DNA of 64,000 bases from assembly GCA_964606385.1 (NCBI GenBank), contig CAZSFZ010000002.1, positions 107,711 to 171,710 of the forward strand. Direction: 5' to 3'. Every line of letters begins with the position of its first letter. Within the stretch, counting starts at the first letter, position 1. The DNA is from an uncultured bacterium (GTDB taxonomy: Bacteria > Omnitrophota > Omnitrophia > Omnitrophales > Aquincolibacteriaceae). Of this stretch, positions 14,601 through 23,953 are shown piece by piece. The translations under genes and the position numbers were made by a program. The notes under the pieces were generated by a model. That model had not been told where the DNA came from. It saw only the letters and a program-made list of their open reading frames with translations, and did no database searches.

Positions 14601-15480
14601 AATTACGGTAAGGATCGCGTTCAAGCGTATTGACGAGCGAGCGGTCCTCTTTCGAAAGCTTCACGATCGAAAAGGTCGTGACATCGTTCGAGAGGAGCGT
14701 GGAAATGACTTCTTTGGTAAGCTTCGTCGCGGCCGCGGCGATCAATTCCTTGCTCGTCGGATGGAACACGTCATCGGCGAGGATCTCATCTTCGACCTCT
14801 CTCGCCTTGGATTTATCAAAGGCGCGGATCTTTTCGACCGGATAGAGCTCTTTGCAGATATCGTAAGTGGAAGAATAGCCCAACGCCCTCAGGAGCGCGG
14901 TCGCGAGGATCTTGCGGCGGCGGTCGATATAGGCGTAAAGGACATCGTTCGCGTCGGATTCGAATTCCAGCCACGCGCCGCGGTACGGGATGATGCGCAC
15001 ACTATACATCTTCTTGCCGCTGGGATGGAGGCTTTCCTCAAGCGACATGCCCGGTGAACGGTGCAGCTGGCTGACGATGACGCGCTCGGCGCCGTTGATA
15101 ATGAAGGTCCCCGTCTCGGTCATGAGCGGGAGTTCCCCGATATAGACTTCCTGTTCCTTGGCGATGCCCTTGCGGACAAGGCGCAACTTCACCTTGAGCG
15201 GCGCGGCGTACGTCATCCCGCGCTTCTGGCATTCCGGAATGGAATATTTGGGTTTCCCAAGCGAATAGCCTTGATACTCGAGCCGGCAAGTCCCGTCAAA
15301 ACTTTCGATGGGAAAGCAATCCGCGAACGCCGCTTCGAGCCCCTGGCTCTTGCGACGGCGGTTAGAGCGGCCGCTCTGCAAAAATTCCTCGTACGACTTG
15401 ATCTGGATCTCCACCAAATTGGGCAGATCCATCGTATCTTGAATCTTCGTAAAGCTTTTTCTCTTGATCAAAGGCATCAT
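11686..15480 (-). CDS. rpoB: DNA-directed RNA polymerase subunit beta
   Basis: 1264 aa; rifampicin-region and C-terminal beta motifs; 4-nt overlap with rpoC. Confidence 0.97.
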   Translation of the reverse strand: MMPLIKRKSFTKIQDTMDLPNLVEIQIKSYEEFLQSGRSNRRRKSQGLEAAFADCFPIESFDGTCRLEYQGYSLGKPKYSIPECQKRGMTYAAPLKVKLRLVRKGIAKEQEVYIGELPLMTETGTFIINGAERVIVSQLHRSPGMSLEESLHPSGKKMYSVRIIPYRGAWLEFESDANDVLYAYIDRRRKILATALLRALGYSSTYDICKELYPVEKIRAFDKSKAREVEDEILADDVFHPTSKELIAAAATKLTKEVISTLLSNDVTTFSIVKLSKEDRSLVNTLERDPYRNSQDAQLAIYRRVRPGDPPTEASAKDLIQKLFFDPQRYDLGHVGRFMLNKKLGLGTSAADTKNTTLKPDDVMKVIGKLLKLRSGEVSIDDIDHLGNRRVRSVGELLQNQFRVGLARMKRSCIERMSIYDLEAAMPHNLINPKLISAAIKDFFGRSQLSQFMDQTNPLAELTHKRRLSALGPGGLSRERAGFEVRDVHPSHYGRVCPIETPEGPNIGLISSLSTFARVNDIGFLESPYRKVVKGRVTDQIDYLTADEEDKYVIAQANAPLDKHGHFTSDAISCRFREDYPKKKPEEIDYMDVSPRQLVSVAAALIPFLEHDDANRALMGSNMQRQAVPLLIPEAPFVGTGMERHVAKDSGAVLQAKSRGTVKAVSAEEIVIDDFVYKLRKFKRSNAGTCINQRPLVEIGDKVKRGDIIADGAATQGGELALGRNVLVAFMPWRGYNFEDAIIVSEKLCKDDVYTSLHIEEFEIEARDTKLGNEEITCDIPNVSEEALKDLDKEGVIRVGAEVKPGDILVGKITPKSEIELSPEEKLLRAIFGEKAGDVRDASLTVPPGVEGVVVDVKVFARKESAAKTKEERRQENKDINEIKERYNERIELLKRERLHKVADMVIGRKLSEDLLDDVLGEVLMKSGHVITKGDLKKLDGCDWDSLRIDEDPDLEESIKKIARVWGDEIDELVAERTREIDRVRKGDELPPGVIKKVVVYVCSKRKISVGDKMAGRHGNKGVIAKVLPEEDMPFLADGTPVEIILNPLGVPSRMNVGQILETHLGWAAKTLGFHVETPVFSGATEEEIRQVMKDAKIPNDGKIALYDGRTGDKFDEKITVGYIYMLKLAHLADDKIHARSIGPYSLVTQQPLGGKAQFGGQRFGEMEVWALEAYGAAFTLQELLTVKSDDVVGRTRVYEAIVKGEPALHAGTPESFNVLVKELQALGLDIEPERTAGGKLAISETKEKSAEDKQEEARERLKV

Positions 15481-15536
15481 ACTGGATTGTCCTCCTTAAG
15501 GACAGCGTTCCTGATTCGCCTGGTTCAAACGGGAAC

Positions 15537-15953
15537 TTACTTGATCTCGACCTTCGCGCCCTGAGCTTCCAGGACCTTCTTGATCTTTTCAGCTTCTTCT
15601 TTATTCACATCTTCTTTGATCGTCTTCGGAGCGCCTTCGACGAGGTCCTTGGCTTCTTTCAAGCCCAGGCTCGTGACCGTGCGGATCTCCTTGATCACGT
15701 TGATCTTCTTGTCACCCGCGTTGGCGAGAATGACCGTAAAACTGGTCTTCTCTTCCGCCGCTGCCGCGCCGCCGCCCGCTGCCGCCGCGCCGCCTGCCGC
15801 GACCATCATCGGAGCTGCCGCCGCCGCGCTGACGCCGAACTTCGCTTCGAGGGCCTTGACCAGGTCCGCGAGCTCGAGCACGGTGAGCGTTTCGATCGAC
15901 GTAAGGATCGATTGCAATTTTTCGGAAACTTTCACTTCAGTTGCTTCTGTCAT
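15537..15953 (-). CDS. rplL: 50S ribosomal protein L7/L12
   Basis: 138 aa; N-terminal dimerisation helix, Ala/Gly hinge, conserved C-terminal domain ...[39 protein letters not shown]. Confidence 0.95.
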   Translation of the reverse strand: MTEATEVKVSEKLQSILTSIETLTVLELADLVKALEAKFGVSAAAAAPMMVAAGGAAAAGGGAAAAEEKTSFTVILANAGDKKINVIKEIRTVTSLGLKEAKDLVEGAPKTIKEDVNKEEAEKIKKVLEAQGAKVEIK

Positions 15954-15994
15954 TTTGCTGCCTCCTTGATTGAATTTCCCTTATCAGGACATTC

Positions 15995-16080
15995 GTTTTG
16001 TCTGTACTGTTCTCTGTTTAATTTTAGGGGTTAACAGTACTGTACCGCATACCCCCTATTTCAAATATAATGCGGCACTG
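15995..16080. repeat. Copy A of a duplicated ~85-bp two-hairpin element (second copy at 29708-29790)
   Basis: Shared blocks ACTGTTCTCT..TAATTTTAG.GGTTAACAGT..TACCGCATACCC..TAT.ATGCGG. Hairpin 1 (ACTGTT/AACAGT) shows two compensatory pair changes between copies (gtACTGTT/AACAGTac in A vs acACTGTT/AACAGTgt in B); hairpin 2 is ACCGCAT/ATGCGG. Lies in the 133-nt rplJ-rplL spacer. Confidence 0.6.
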
Positions 16081-16083
16081 GTG

Positions 16084-16109
16084 TTCTTAAGACGCAGCGC
16101 CAGTCGCTG
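16084..16109 (+). terminator. Plus-strand intrinsic-terminator-like hairpin (GCAGCG-CCAGT-CGCTGC + TTTTTT) antisense to the rplJ 3' end
   Basis: Perfect 6-bp GC stem and T6 tract directly downstream of repeat copy A on the plus strand. It overlaps the rplJ stop region on the minus strand (encodes KKKAATGAAS). Confidence 0.35.
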
Positions 16110-16620
16110 CTTTTTTCTTACGGACCTCTTCCAAAGCGACCACGAAATTGCGCGTGAGAGCTCCGAGGACGTTCGCAAACCCCTGAAGCGGCGAGTTCAT
16201 GCGCAGCACCAGCTGCGTCAGGAGCTCTTTGCGCGACGGGAGTTTTGCAAGCTGTTTCAGGAAATCCTCGCCGTAGACCTGACCTTCGAAGATCACGCCG
16301 GCGGGCTTCCATTTTTCGTTCGTCTTTGCGAAATCGATGAGCTTCTTGGAGATCTCCTGCGGGTCCTTGTCCCCGAAAGTGATCACGACCGAACCGCTCA
16401 GGTACTTGTCGGCCCCCGCGACGCTGAACTGCGCGAAGATCTTGCGCGCCATCGCATGTTTGACCATGAGGGAGCGCCGGGACACTTTTTCAAGACTGCG
16501 GCGCGCGTCGGAGATATCCAGCACCGAAACTCCGTTCAAATTAGAGATGAAAGCGTAAGGGCTCTTCTCGAACTCTTTGACGATCTCCTGATACATCAAT
16601 TCTTTTTCTAAGGAAGGCAT
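16087..16620 (-). CDS. rplJ: 50S ribosomal protein L10
   Basis: 177 aa L10 family; only 3 nt after rplA, so no room for a classical L10 leader. Confidence 0.93.
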   Translation of the reverse strand: MPSLEKELMYQEIVKEFEKSPYAFISNLNGVSVLDISDARRSLEKVSRRSLMVKHAMARKIFAQFSVAGADKYLSGSVVITFGDKDPQEISKKLIDFAKTNEKWKPAGVIFEGQVYGEDFLKQLAKLPSRKELLTQLVLRMNSPLQGFANVLGALTRNFVVALEEVRKKKAATGAAS

Positions 16621-16623
16621 GGC

Positions 16624-17310
16624 TTAAAGGGCTCCCGTATTGAGCTTGAGACCCGGTCCGTGGGTCGTCGCGATATGGATCGTCTTGAGGTACTCGCCTT
16701 TGCTCGTGGCGGGCTTGGAATCTTTCACGGCTTTGATCACGGTGCGCGCGTTCTCAAGGATCGCTTCTTCACCGAACGATAATTTACCGCACACAGCGTG
16801 AAGCCCGGCGGTCTTGTCGCTCTTGAACTCGATGCGGCCGCCCTTCACTTCTTTGACGGCCCGGCCGACCTGAGGCGTCACGGTGCCGGTTTTCGGCGTC
16901 GGCATCAATCCTTTGGGACCGAGCACGCGCCCGAGCTTGGAGACTTCCCGCATCATATCGGGATGGGCAACCACAACGTCAAAATCAAGAAAACCGTTCT
17001 TTACTCTTTCCACGAGTTCTTCGGCCCCGACAAAATCCGCTCCCGCGGCTTCAGCATCCTTGGCGCCCTCCCCCTTCGCAAAACAAAGCACGCGCTGCGT
17101 ACGGCCGCTGCCATGAGGAAGGCTCACGGTGCCGCGCACGTTCTCGTCACCCGCTTCGGACTTGATCCCGAGCTGGAAACTCAGGGAGACCGTTTCGTCA
17201 GCCTTGCCCATTTCAACTTTTTTCAGGATCTTCACGGCTTCCGGCAAAGAATAGATCTTGCCTTCTTCCACCAGCGCTGCTCTTTTTTGATACCGTTTGC
17301 TGCGTTTCAT
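16624..17310 (-). CDS. rplA: 50S ribosomal protein L1
   Basis: 228 aa, [30 protein letters not shown]..., L1 family. Confidence 0.95.
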   Translation of the reverse strand: MKRSKRYQKRAALVEEGKIYSLPEAVKILKKVEMGKADETVSLSFQLGIKSEAGDENVRGTVSLPHGSGRTQRVLCFAKGEGAKDAEAAGADFVGAEELVERVKNGFLDFDVVVAHPDMMREVSKLGRVLGPKGLMPTPKTGTVTPQVGRAVKEVKGGRIEFKSDKTAGLHAVCGKLSFGEEAILENARTVIKAVKDSKPATSKGEYLKTIHIATTHGPGLKLNTGAL

Positions 17311-17324
17311 TGTCTTTTCCGTTC

Positions 17325-17756
17325 TTACTTTGATTTGACGACTTCGATACCCATGCTGCGGGCCGCGCCTTCGACGATGCGGCAGGCGCTTTCGATCTTG
17401 GTCGTATTGAGGTCAACCATTTTCTTGCGCGCGATCTCAAGGACCTGATCGCGGGTGATCTTACCGATGATGGTCCGGCCGGGTTCCCCGGAGGCCTTTG
17501 CGAGCCCGACGGCTTTCTTGATCTCGGCCGCGACCGGCGGCGATTTCAGGATAAAGGTAAAGGATTTGTCCTTGTAAACCGTGAGCACCGCCGGAAGGAT
17601 CGTGCCCGGGCGGTCTTTGGTACGCTCGTTGAACTGCTTGCAGAACTCCATAATGTTGACGCCGTGTTGGCCGAGCGCGGGGCCGATCGGAGGAGCGGGA
17701 TTCGCTTGTCCGCCCGGGATCTGCAATTTGATCTTTACTTTGATTTCTTTTGCCAT
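17325..17756 (-). CDS. rplK: 50S ribosomal protein L11
   Basis: [43 protein letters not shown]..., classic L11. Confidence 0.97.
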   Translation of the reverse strand: MAKEIKVKIKLQIPGGQANPAPPIGPALGQHGVNIMEFCKQFNERTKDRPGTILPAVLTVYKDKSFTFILKSPPVAAEIKKAVGLAKASGEPGRTIIGKITRDQVLEIARKKMVDLNTTKIESACRIVEGAARSMGIEVVKSK

Positions 17757-17759
17757 GGT

Positions 17760-18293
17760 TTAGATCTTTTCTACTTGCCAGTATTCAAGTTCTACGGGTG
17801 TCGGCCGGCCGAAGATCGTGACCATCACGCGCATCTTGCCGCGGTCCGGATTGATCTGTTCGATCGTACCGTTAAAATTAGCGAAAGAGCCCTCTTTGAC
17901 GCGGACGCTTTCACCCTCTTCGAATTCTACTTTCGGTTTCGGCTTGGTCTGCTTCTCTTCCTGTTCCTTGATGATCGCGCCGACCTCACGCTCCGTCAGC
18001 GGGATCGGGTTCTTCCCCGATCCAATGAAGCCCGAGATCCCCGGCGTGTTCCGCACGAGGTACCAGCTCTCGTCGGTCAATTCCATCTTGACCAGGATGT
18101 AACCCGGAAAGAATTTCCGTTCGCTGATCCGTTTTTTGCCGCCCTTCACCTCGCTCACTTTTTCGAGCGGGATCAACACTTCATGGATCAGGTGCGAAAG
18201 ACCCGCGGTCTCCGCGTGGCTGATCAAGCTGGCGCGGGCTTTGGTTTCCACGCCCGTCTGCGTATGGACTACATACCACTTAGCGTCGGCCAT
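17760..18293 (-). CDS. nusG: Transcription termination/antitermination factor NusG
   Basis: Likely start MADAKWYVVHTQTG (ATG 18293-18291; the ORF track extends it to 18350). NGN domain plus C-terminal KOW (GESVRVKEGSFANFNGTIEQI). Confidence 0.9.
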   Translation of the reverse strand: MADAKWYVVHTQTGVETKARASLISHAETAGLSHLIHEVLIPLEKVSEVKGGKKRISERKFFPGYILVKMELTDESWYLVRNTPGISGFIGSGKNPIPLTEREVGAIIKEQEEKQTKPKPKVEFEEGESVRVKEGSFANFNGTIEQINPDRGKMRVMVTIFGRPTPVELEYWQVEKI

Positions 18294-18297
18294 GATC

Positions 18298-18483
18298 TTA
18301 ACTAATGACGATCCGGAGGAGCGTCGAAATGCAGAAATCGACAGCCGCAATGAACGCCGAAGCGAAAAGGGTGACCACGATCACGACAAGCGTCGCCTGC
18401 CAAAGTTCGTTCCAGGTCGGCCACGTGACTTTTTTCAGCTCCTGCATCGTTTCTTGAAAAAAATTCGCTGCTTTCTGCACCAT
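18298..18483 (-). CDS. secE: Preprotein translocase subunit SecE
   Basis: Start trimmed to MVQKAANFFQETMQELKKVTWPTWNELWQATLVVIVVTLF... because the longer track ORF would run through tRNA-Trp; good SD (AAAGAGGAAGTT-ATG). Confidence 0.85.
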   Translation of the reverse strand: MVQKAANFFQETMQELKKVTWPTWNELWQATLVVIVVTLFASAFIAAVDFCISTLLRIVIS

Positions 18484-18530
18484 AACTTCCTCTTTGTTAT
18501 TTCGAGTCCGCACCCATCGCCTTAAAAATC

Positions 18531-18604
18531 CAGGCCTGGCAGGACTCGAACCTGCAACATGCGGTTTTGGAGACCGCCGCTCTACCAATTGGAGCTACAG
18601 GCCT
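18531..18604 (-). tRNA. trnW: tRNA-Trp (anticodon CCA)
   Basis: Reverse complement AGGCCTGTAGCTCCAATTGGTAGAGCGGCGGTCTCCAAAACCGCATGTTGCAGGTTCGAGTCCTGCCAGGCCTG folds as a cloverleaf with anticodon loop CU-CCA-AA and a GGTTCGAGTCC T-arm. Confidence 0.9.
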
Positions 18605-18629
18605 CTGTTCCGCTTCGCTCCGAAAAAGG

Positions 18630-18779
18630 TTATTTCTTCTCCCGGAAAAGAACGCGCTTACGGCAAGCCGGACAGTACTTTTTCCGTTCGATCTTGTCCG
18701 GATTCTGTTTCTTATTCTTACGCGTCCAATACGTCGACTTGTGATCGCACGACGACACGAGGGAAATAATCTCTTGCAT
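18630..18779 (-). CDS. rpmG: 50S ribosomal protein L33 (49 aa; not in the ORF track because <60 aa)
   Basis: Translation MQEIISLVSSCDHKSTYWTRKNKKQNPDKIERKKYCPACRKRVLFREKK has the L33 pattern (TxKNKxNxPxxLExKKYCPxC) with a C4 zinc ribbon. Confidence 0.85.
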   Translation of the reverse strand: MQEIISLVSSCDHKSTYWTRKNKKQNPDKIERKKYCPACRKRVLFREKK

Positions 18780-18937
18780 TGAAATAAAACCTTTTCCTTT
18801 GTCTTAAAAAAACCGCGGAAAACGCACGGCTTTCAAAAATGATTTTCGGCTTGCAAGGCTTCTTACGGCGAAAATAAACGCCTTACAGCCAGCAGGGCTT
18901 CGCCAAAAAATGCTAGGATTTGTGGCCGAACGAGATG

Positions 18938-20137
<1,200 letters not shown>

Positions 20138-20179
20138 TGGGATTCTCCCTTATGATTGAAGTTTCGTTTTCACATCCTA

Positions 20180-20252
20180 AGCTGGAGATGGGAATTGAAC
20201 CCATGACCTCATCCTTACCAAGGATGTGCTCTACCGACTGAGCTACTCCAGC
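20180..20252 (-). tRNA. trnT: tRNA-Thr (anticodon GGU)
   Basis: Reverse complement GCTGGAGTAGCTCAGTCGGTAGAGCACATCCTTGGTAAGGATGAGGTCATGGGTTCAATTCCCATCTCCAGC, anticodon loop CUUGGUAAG; thrT-tufB-like arrangement. Confidence 0.88.
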
Positions 20253-20414
20253 GCTAAGCTTTTCCCAGCGCTTTCGATCGCTCGCTTCGACATCCGTGAC
20301 ACAAAAAGCGCGTCACAAAAAAAATAAAAAACCTGTTTTCCAACGGAAAAACATCTGCGCTTGAAGACAGAAACCACCTTAAGCAGAGACAGCTCTCCTA
20401 CGGAAAGAGTGCAC

Positions 20415-20442
20415 ATTCTATTAAAAAAGAAAACCGTGTCAA
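20415..20442 (-). promoter_or_regulatory. Sigma70-type promoter for the tRNA-Thr/tuf array (TTGACA-16-TAGAAT) with A/T-rich UP element and GC discriminator
   Basis: Minus strand reads aaaaaagcTTGACAcggttttcttttttaaTAGAATgtgcac; the A/T tract upstream of -35 resembles stable-RNA promoters. Confidence 0.55.
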
Positions 20443-20582
20443 GCTTTTTTAAAAAATCTTTTTTACTTTTTGGGAGGGATGGGGGCCACTTCTCCGGTCC
20501 ATGGACCTACGATCGATCCTGATCTTGTACCCCGCTATATAAGGAAGATCGCTCAGCAAGAACTTACAAAACAACCTAACCT

Positions 20583-20605
20583 ATTTAATTAAAATGAGTT
20601 AGGTG
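20583..20605. promoter_or_regulatory. 23-bp AT-rich near-palindromic motif AACCTATTTAATTAAAATGAGTT (site 1)
   Basis: Near-identical site (AACTCATTTAATTAAAATAGGTT) at 53797-53819 upstream of the nusA promoter; same half-sites (AACCTA / AACTCA) flank the TTTAATTAAAA core in both. Confidence 0.45.
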
Positions 20606-21364
20606 TTAATTTGAGGCGTCCCCGCCAAAGGTGGAGAGAATCTGACCCCAAAAGCCGCTTTTCTTGGCGATCGAAGAGACCGCCTTACCTTGGAGCTGTT
20701 GAAGCTGGGACTCAAGATAACCAAAGCCCATTTTTTTCAAGGCCTCGCCGACGAGGATCGCCATGACATCCCGGGTCCCCCGGATATCGTAATAGGTCGC
20801 TCCGCGGATCCCGGCATTGAAATGCGTTTCCTTTAAAGACGGCCCGGTGGCATCCAAATAACGGATCTCCCCTATAGAAAAAACAAATTCATCGATAAAA
20901 AGTTCCGGTATGTACTTTTTGACGGAACCGGGACCCGATCCCCCGGAAGGGGCCTCGCTTTCCTCTTTGCTTTTCTTGAAAGGTTTCAGTTCCAGGACAT
21001 TCAGGCCCTTCCTCGGAACATTCATGACCTGGAGCTCCCTGAGATCGATCCCGAGGCCTTTAAGACGCAATTTCCCCTCGGGGAGGGACGGAAGATCGAC
21101 CGAAACGATCACCAGCGGGATATTCGCCATGATCCCCTTCGGAAAACTGTACGGATTCCCGATCTCAAGGCCCTGGACCTCAAAGCCCGTATTCTTCCAG
21201 TCCATTTTGACGTTTCGGACCGACACGTCCGCGCCTAATTGATAGCTCATGGAAAAAGTGATCGCCTGCTTGATCGCCCAGGTGTGAAAAATCAATATCA
21301 GGATCAAAAGGATAATCGCGAGGCGTATAAGACCGAACAGGAACTTAAAAAGACCTTTGAACAT
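20606..21364 (-). CDS. Hypothetical protein, N-terminal transmembrane anchor plus ~220-aa extracytoplasmic domain
   Basis: 252-aa ORF; hydrophobic N-terminus (LIRLAIILLILILIF), no recognisable motifs; divergent from the atp operon. Confidence 0.55.
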   Translation of the reverse strand: MFKGLFKFLFGLIRLAIILLILILIFHTWAIKQAITFSMSYQLGADVSVRNVKMDWKNTGFEVQGLEIGNPYSFPKGIMANIPLVIVSVDLPSLPEGKLRLKGLGIDLRELQVMNVPRKGLNVLELKPFKKSKEESEAPSGGSGPGSVKKYIPELFIDEFVFSIGEIRYLDATGPSLKETHFNAGIRGATYYDIRGTRDVMAILVGEALKKMGFGYLESQLQQLQGKAVSSIAKKSGFWGQILSTFGGDASN

Positions 21365-21461
21365 AAGACTCCTTTTGTGTCAGAACCGGCTTCTTTTTTA
21401 TCGGCCAAAGAGTCAAAAACCATACTCCCTTTTGCCCCGCCCACCACTCCATGCAAGTTCC

Positions 21462-21491
21462 TTGACAATGAAAGAAGCTTTGCCAGATAAT
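21462..21491 (+). promoter_or_regulatory. Candidate atp operon promoter (TTGACA-18-GATAAT)
   Basis: cTTGACAatgaaagaagctttgccaGATAATg; spacer 18 nt is suboptimal and it overlaps one candidate atpZ start. Confidence 0.3.
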
Positions 21492-21791
21492 GTCGGCCAT
21501 CGTTCCATGAACAACCTGGCTGGCAGGGTGTGGACCCACCCCGATCCTTTGAACACCGCCAAGAAAGATCTTCAACGGCTTTTCTGGATGCTCGGATTGG
21601 CCCTTACTTTGCCCATGGTGCTTCTAAGCGGCCCTTTCGTGGGGTATTTGGTAAGCCAGTGGCTGATCGGAAAGTGGGGCTGGCCCTCCGGCACCACCCT
21701 GGTCCTAACGCTCCTGGGACTTGCGGGTTCGGTCACCCAGACCGTCAAGATCCTGAGACTTCTATATAAAGGAAGCGAAAACAAGACATGA
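21468..21791 (+). CDS. ATP synthase protein I/AtpZ-like small membrane protein (start uncertain: 21468, 21507 or 21588)
   Basis: C-terminal part LGLALTLPMVLLSGPFVGYLVSQWLIGKWGWPSGTTLVLTLLGLAGSVTQTVKILRLL resembles the AtpZ/'ATPase gene 1' family that precedes atpB; no clear SD for any start. Confidence 0.5.
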   Translation: MKEALPDNVGHRSMNNLAGRVWTHPDPLNTAKKDLQRLFWMLGLALTLPMVLLSGPFVGYLVSQWLIGKWGWPSGTTLVLTLLGLAGSVTQTVKILRLLYKGSENKT

Positions 21792-22642
21792 ACATGACAG
21801 AAGGTCACGTAACGGCCGCCGTACAGACCGCCGCCCAGAGGCATGCGGCCGAAGAGCTTCCGAATTTTATCACCCTCCTGGAGCATCTTTTCCCTAAGTC
21901 GCACTTTGTTCATTTCCTTTTCACGTGGGAAAATATTATTTTTTCGCTTCTCGTGCTGGGTTTTATCGCCGTCCGTTCGATCACCGCGGCGCGAAAAAAT
22001 GAATTCCTTCCGAAGGGCATCCAAAACCGCTGGGAGATCTGCGTCGAAGGTCTTTCGGAATTCGTCACCGGCATCCTCGGCCCCAGGGGCATGGAACATG
22101 TCCCCTTCCTCGGCACGATGTTCCTTTACATTCTTTTCCAGAACCTTCTCGGGCTTCTTCCGTTAATGAAATCGCCCACAAGCGCCTGGAGCACCACGAT
22201 CGCCCTGGCCCTGCTCACGACGGTCTATATCCAATGGGTCGGGATCAAAGAGCACGGCCTCTTTAACTACTTCAAACACCTCGCCGGCAATCCGGTGGGT
22301 TTTCTCGGGCTGCTGCTCGTCCCGCTCATGCTCGTGATCAACATGAGCATCGAATTCTTCGCGGTGCCTTTGAGCCTCTCGCTTCGTCTTTTCGCGAACA
22401 TCTCCAGCGAAGACAAGCTGCTTTACAAATTCGCGGAACTGAACGTGATGTATTACTGGGTGTTCTTCATCTTTCAGCTTTTTGCCAATATCCTCGTGAT
22501 CCTTTTCAGCTTCATCCAGGCTTTTGTTTTCCTTTTGCTTTCGACCGTGTATATTTCACTGGTCATGCCGCACGACCATGACGAAGAACACGCGACGGAA
22601 GCCAAAGACCCAACCAACGTCGTTCATTCAACTCAACCGTAA
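21788..22642 (+). CDS. atpB: F0F1 ATP synthase subunit a
   Basis: 284 aa, five to six TM helices, conserved ...LSLRLFANI... arginine-containing helix. Confidence 0.9.
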   Translation: MNMTEGHVTAAVQTAAQRHAAEELPNFITLLEHLFPKSHFVHFLFTWENIIFSLLVLGFIAVRSITAARKNEFLPKGIQNRWEICVEGLSEFVTGILGPRGMEHVPFLGTMFLYILFQNLLGLLPLMKSPTSAWSTTIALALLTTVYIQWVGIKEHGLFNYFKHLAGNPVGFLGLLLVPLMLVINMSIEFFAVPLSLSLRLFANISSEDKLLYKFAELNVMYYWVFFIFQLFANILVILFSFIQAFVFLLLSTVYISLVMPHDHDEEHATEAKDPTNVVHSTQP

Positions 22643-22654
22643 GGAGAATCAAAA

Positions 22655-22885
22655 ATGGATTCACACGTCGCATTAGGTTTCGCACTTCCGCTCGGCCTTG
22701 CCATCACGGCATTCGGGTCGGCGCTGGGCCTCGGGAAAGCCGTCGCCTCCGCCATGGACGCCACGGGCCGCCAGCCCGAAGCTTCCGGAAAGATCCTGGT
22801 CAACATGATGGCCGGATGCGCCCTGATCGAAGCCTTGACGCTTTATGTCCTGATCTTCGGTTTCGTATTGATGGGAAAGATCTAA
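22655..22885 (+). CDS. atpE: F0F1 ATP synthase subunit c
   Basis: 76 aa hairpin proteolipid, GxGxGxG helix and the conserved carboxylate (ALIEALTLYVLIFGFVLM). Confidence 0.93.
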   Translation: MDSHVALGFALPLGLAITAFGSALGLGKAVASAMDATGRQPEASGKILVNMMAGCALIEALTLYVLIFGFVLMGKI

Positions 22886-22898
22886 GCCGGAAATCCCC

Positions 22899-23399
22899 AT
22901 GGAATTCTTTCAAGAGAACATCCATCTCGCGGAGGTTGGGGTCCAGCTCGCCGCCTTTCTGATCGTCTTCTTCACGCTCAAGAAATTCGCCTGGAAACCG
23001 CTCCTGGAGATCATCCGGGCGCGGCGGGAACGCTTCGAGGACGAATGGAGCGGGATCGAGAAAACCAAGCAGAGCGTCGCGGCGCTGGAAAAGGATTACC
23101 GCCTGCATCTCCAGAAGATCGAGGAAGAGGCCCGCGCCAAGATGCAAGAAGCCGTCCAGGAAGGCCGCCGCCTCGCGCGGGAGATCCAGGAGAAAGCGCG
23201 CTTAGAATCCCAAGCCACATTCGAAAAGGCGAAGACCAATATCGACCTTGAGATCGAAAAAGCCCGGGTGACGCTCCGCCAGGAGATCGCGGGTCTCTCG
23301 ATCCGCGTGGCGGAAAAGGTGCTCGCGGAAAGGATCGACGGTTCCCAGCAGGAGAAAAAGGCTTTAGAGATCCTCGGGGAGCTTGAGAAAAAACTATGA
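22899..23399 (+). CDS. atpF: F0F1 ATP synthase subunit b
   Basis: 166 aa, N-terminal TM helix then long charged coiled coil. Confidence 0.85.
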   Translation: MEFFQENIHLAEVGVQLAAFLIVFFTLKKFAWKPLLEIIRARRERFEDEWSGIEKTKQSVAALEKDYRLHLQKIEEEARAKMQEAVQEGRRLAREIQEKARLESQATFEKAKTNIDLEIEKARVTLRQEIAGLSIRVAEKVLAERIDGSQQEKKALEILGELEKKL

Positions 23400-23953
23400 G
23401 CGACGTGATCGCCGCGGCCCGTTACACCCGCGCTCTTTTTGAACTCGCCGGAAAAGACGGTCGCCTTCCCGAGATCGACAAGGGGCTCCACGCGCTCGTC
23501 AAGGTCCTGCGCGAACAGCCCAAGGTTTTCCTTCTGATGGCGAATCCCACGCTCACGGAAGCGGAAAAATTTTCTTTGGCGATGAGCGCCCTTCCCGATC
23601 CCAGGCCGGGGCTTCTGGAAAGGTTCCTTCGGGTCCTGATCGAAAAAAAACGCTTCGCGCTTCTTCCGGAGATCCAGAAAGATTTTCACGACCGCTTCGA
23701 GAAGCAACAGGGCATCCGGGAGATCGAGCTCTTCTCGGCCGTGCCGTTCTCAAGCGGGGTCCAGGAGAAATTCAAATCCATGCTTACTAAAAAACTCCGT
23801 TCCGAGATCCGGTTGATCCCCAGGACCGATCGCGGCCTGCTCGGAGGTTTTATCCTGCGCTTTGACGGAAAAGAGATCGACTGCAGTTTCCGGAACCGTC
23901 TTCATGAGATCCAACAAAAACTTTTCAGCTCCGCCGAGGAAGGAATGATCTGA
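23396..23953 (+). CDS. atpH: F0F1 ATP synthase subunit delta (OSCP)
   Basis: 185 aa; overlaps atpF stop; OSCP-like C-terminus ([22 protein letters not shown]). Confidence 0.85.
   Translation: MSDVIAAARYTRALFELAGKDGRLPEIDKGLHALVKVLREQPKVFLLMANPTLTEAEKFSLAMSALPDPRPGLLERFLRVLIEKKRFALLPEIQKDFHDRFEKQQGIREIELFSAVPFSSGVQEKFKSMLTKKLRSEIRLIPRTDRGLLGGFILRFDGKEIDCSFRNRLHEIQQKLFSSAEEGMI

Noticed and set aside
16621-16623. Classical L10 (rplJ) leader autoregulatory RNA
   Set aside because: rplA stop and rplJ start are 3 nt apart, leaving no leader; nothing L10-leader-like was recognised elsewhere by eye.
18298-18588. ORF-track version of secE extending to 18588
   Set aside because: The N-terminal extension would be translated through the tRNA-Trp gene (18531-18604); the conserved SecE core begins at MVQKAANFF with its own strong SD, so the start was trimmed to 18483.
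20470-20560. Possible extra tRNA(s) upstream of tRNA-Thr (tggg...ggtccatggacc...ccccgc region), as in E. coli thrU-tyrU-glyT-thrT
   Set aside because: Reverse complement has no GTTCRANYC T-loop and no cloverleaf; only a 12-bp palindrome is present. Treated as regulatory DNA.
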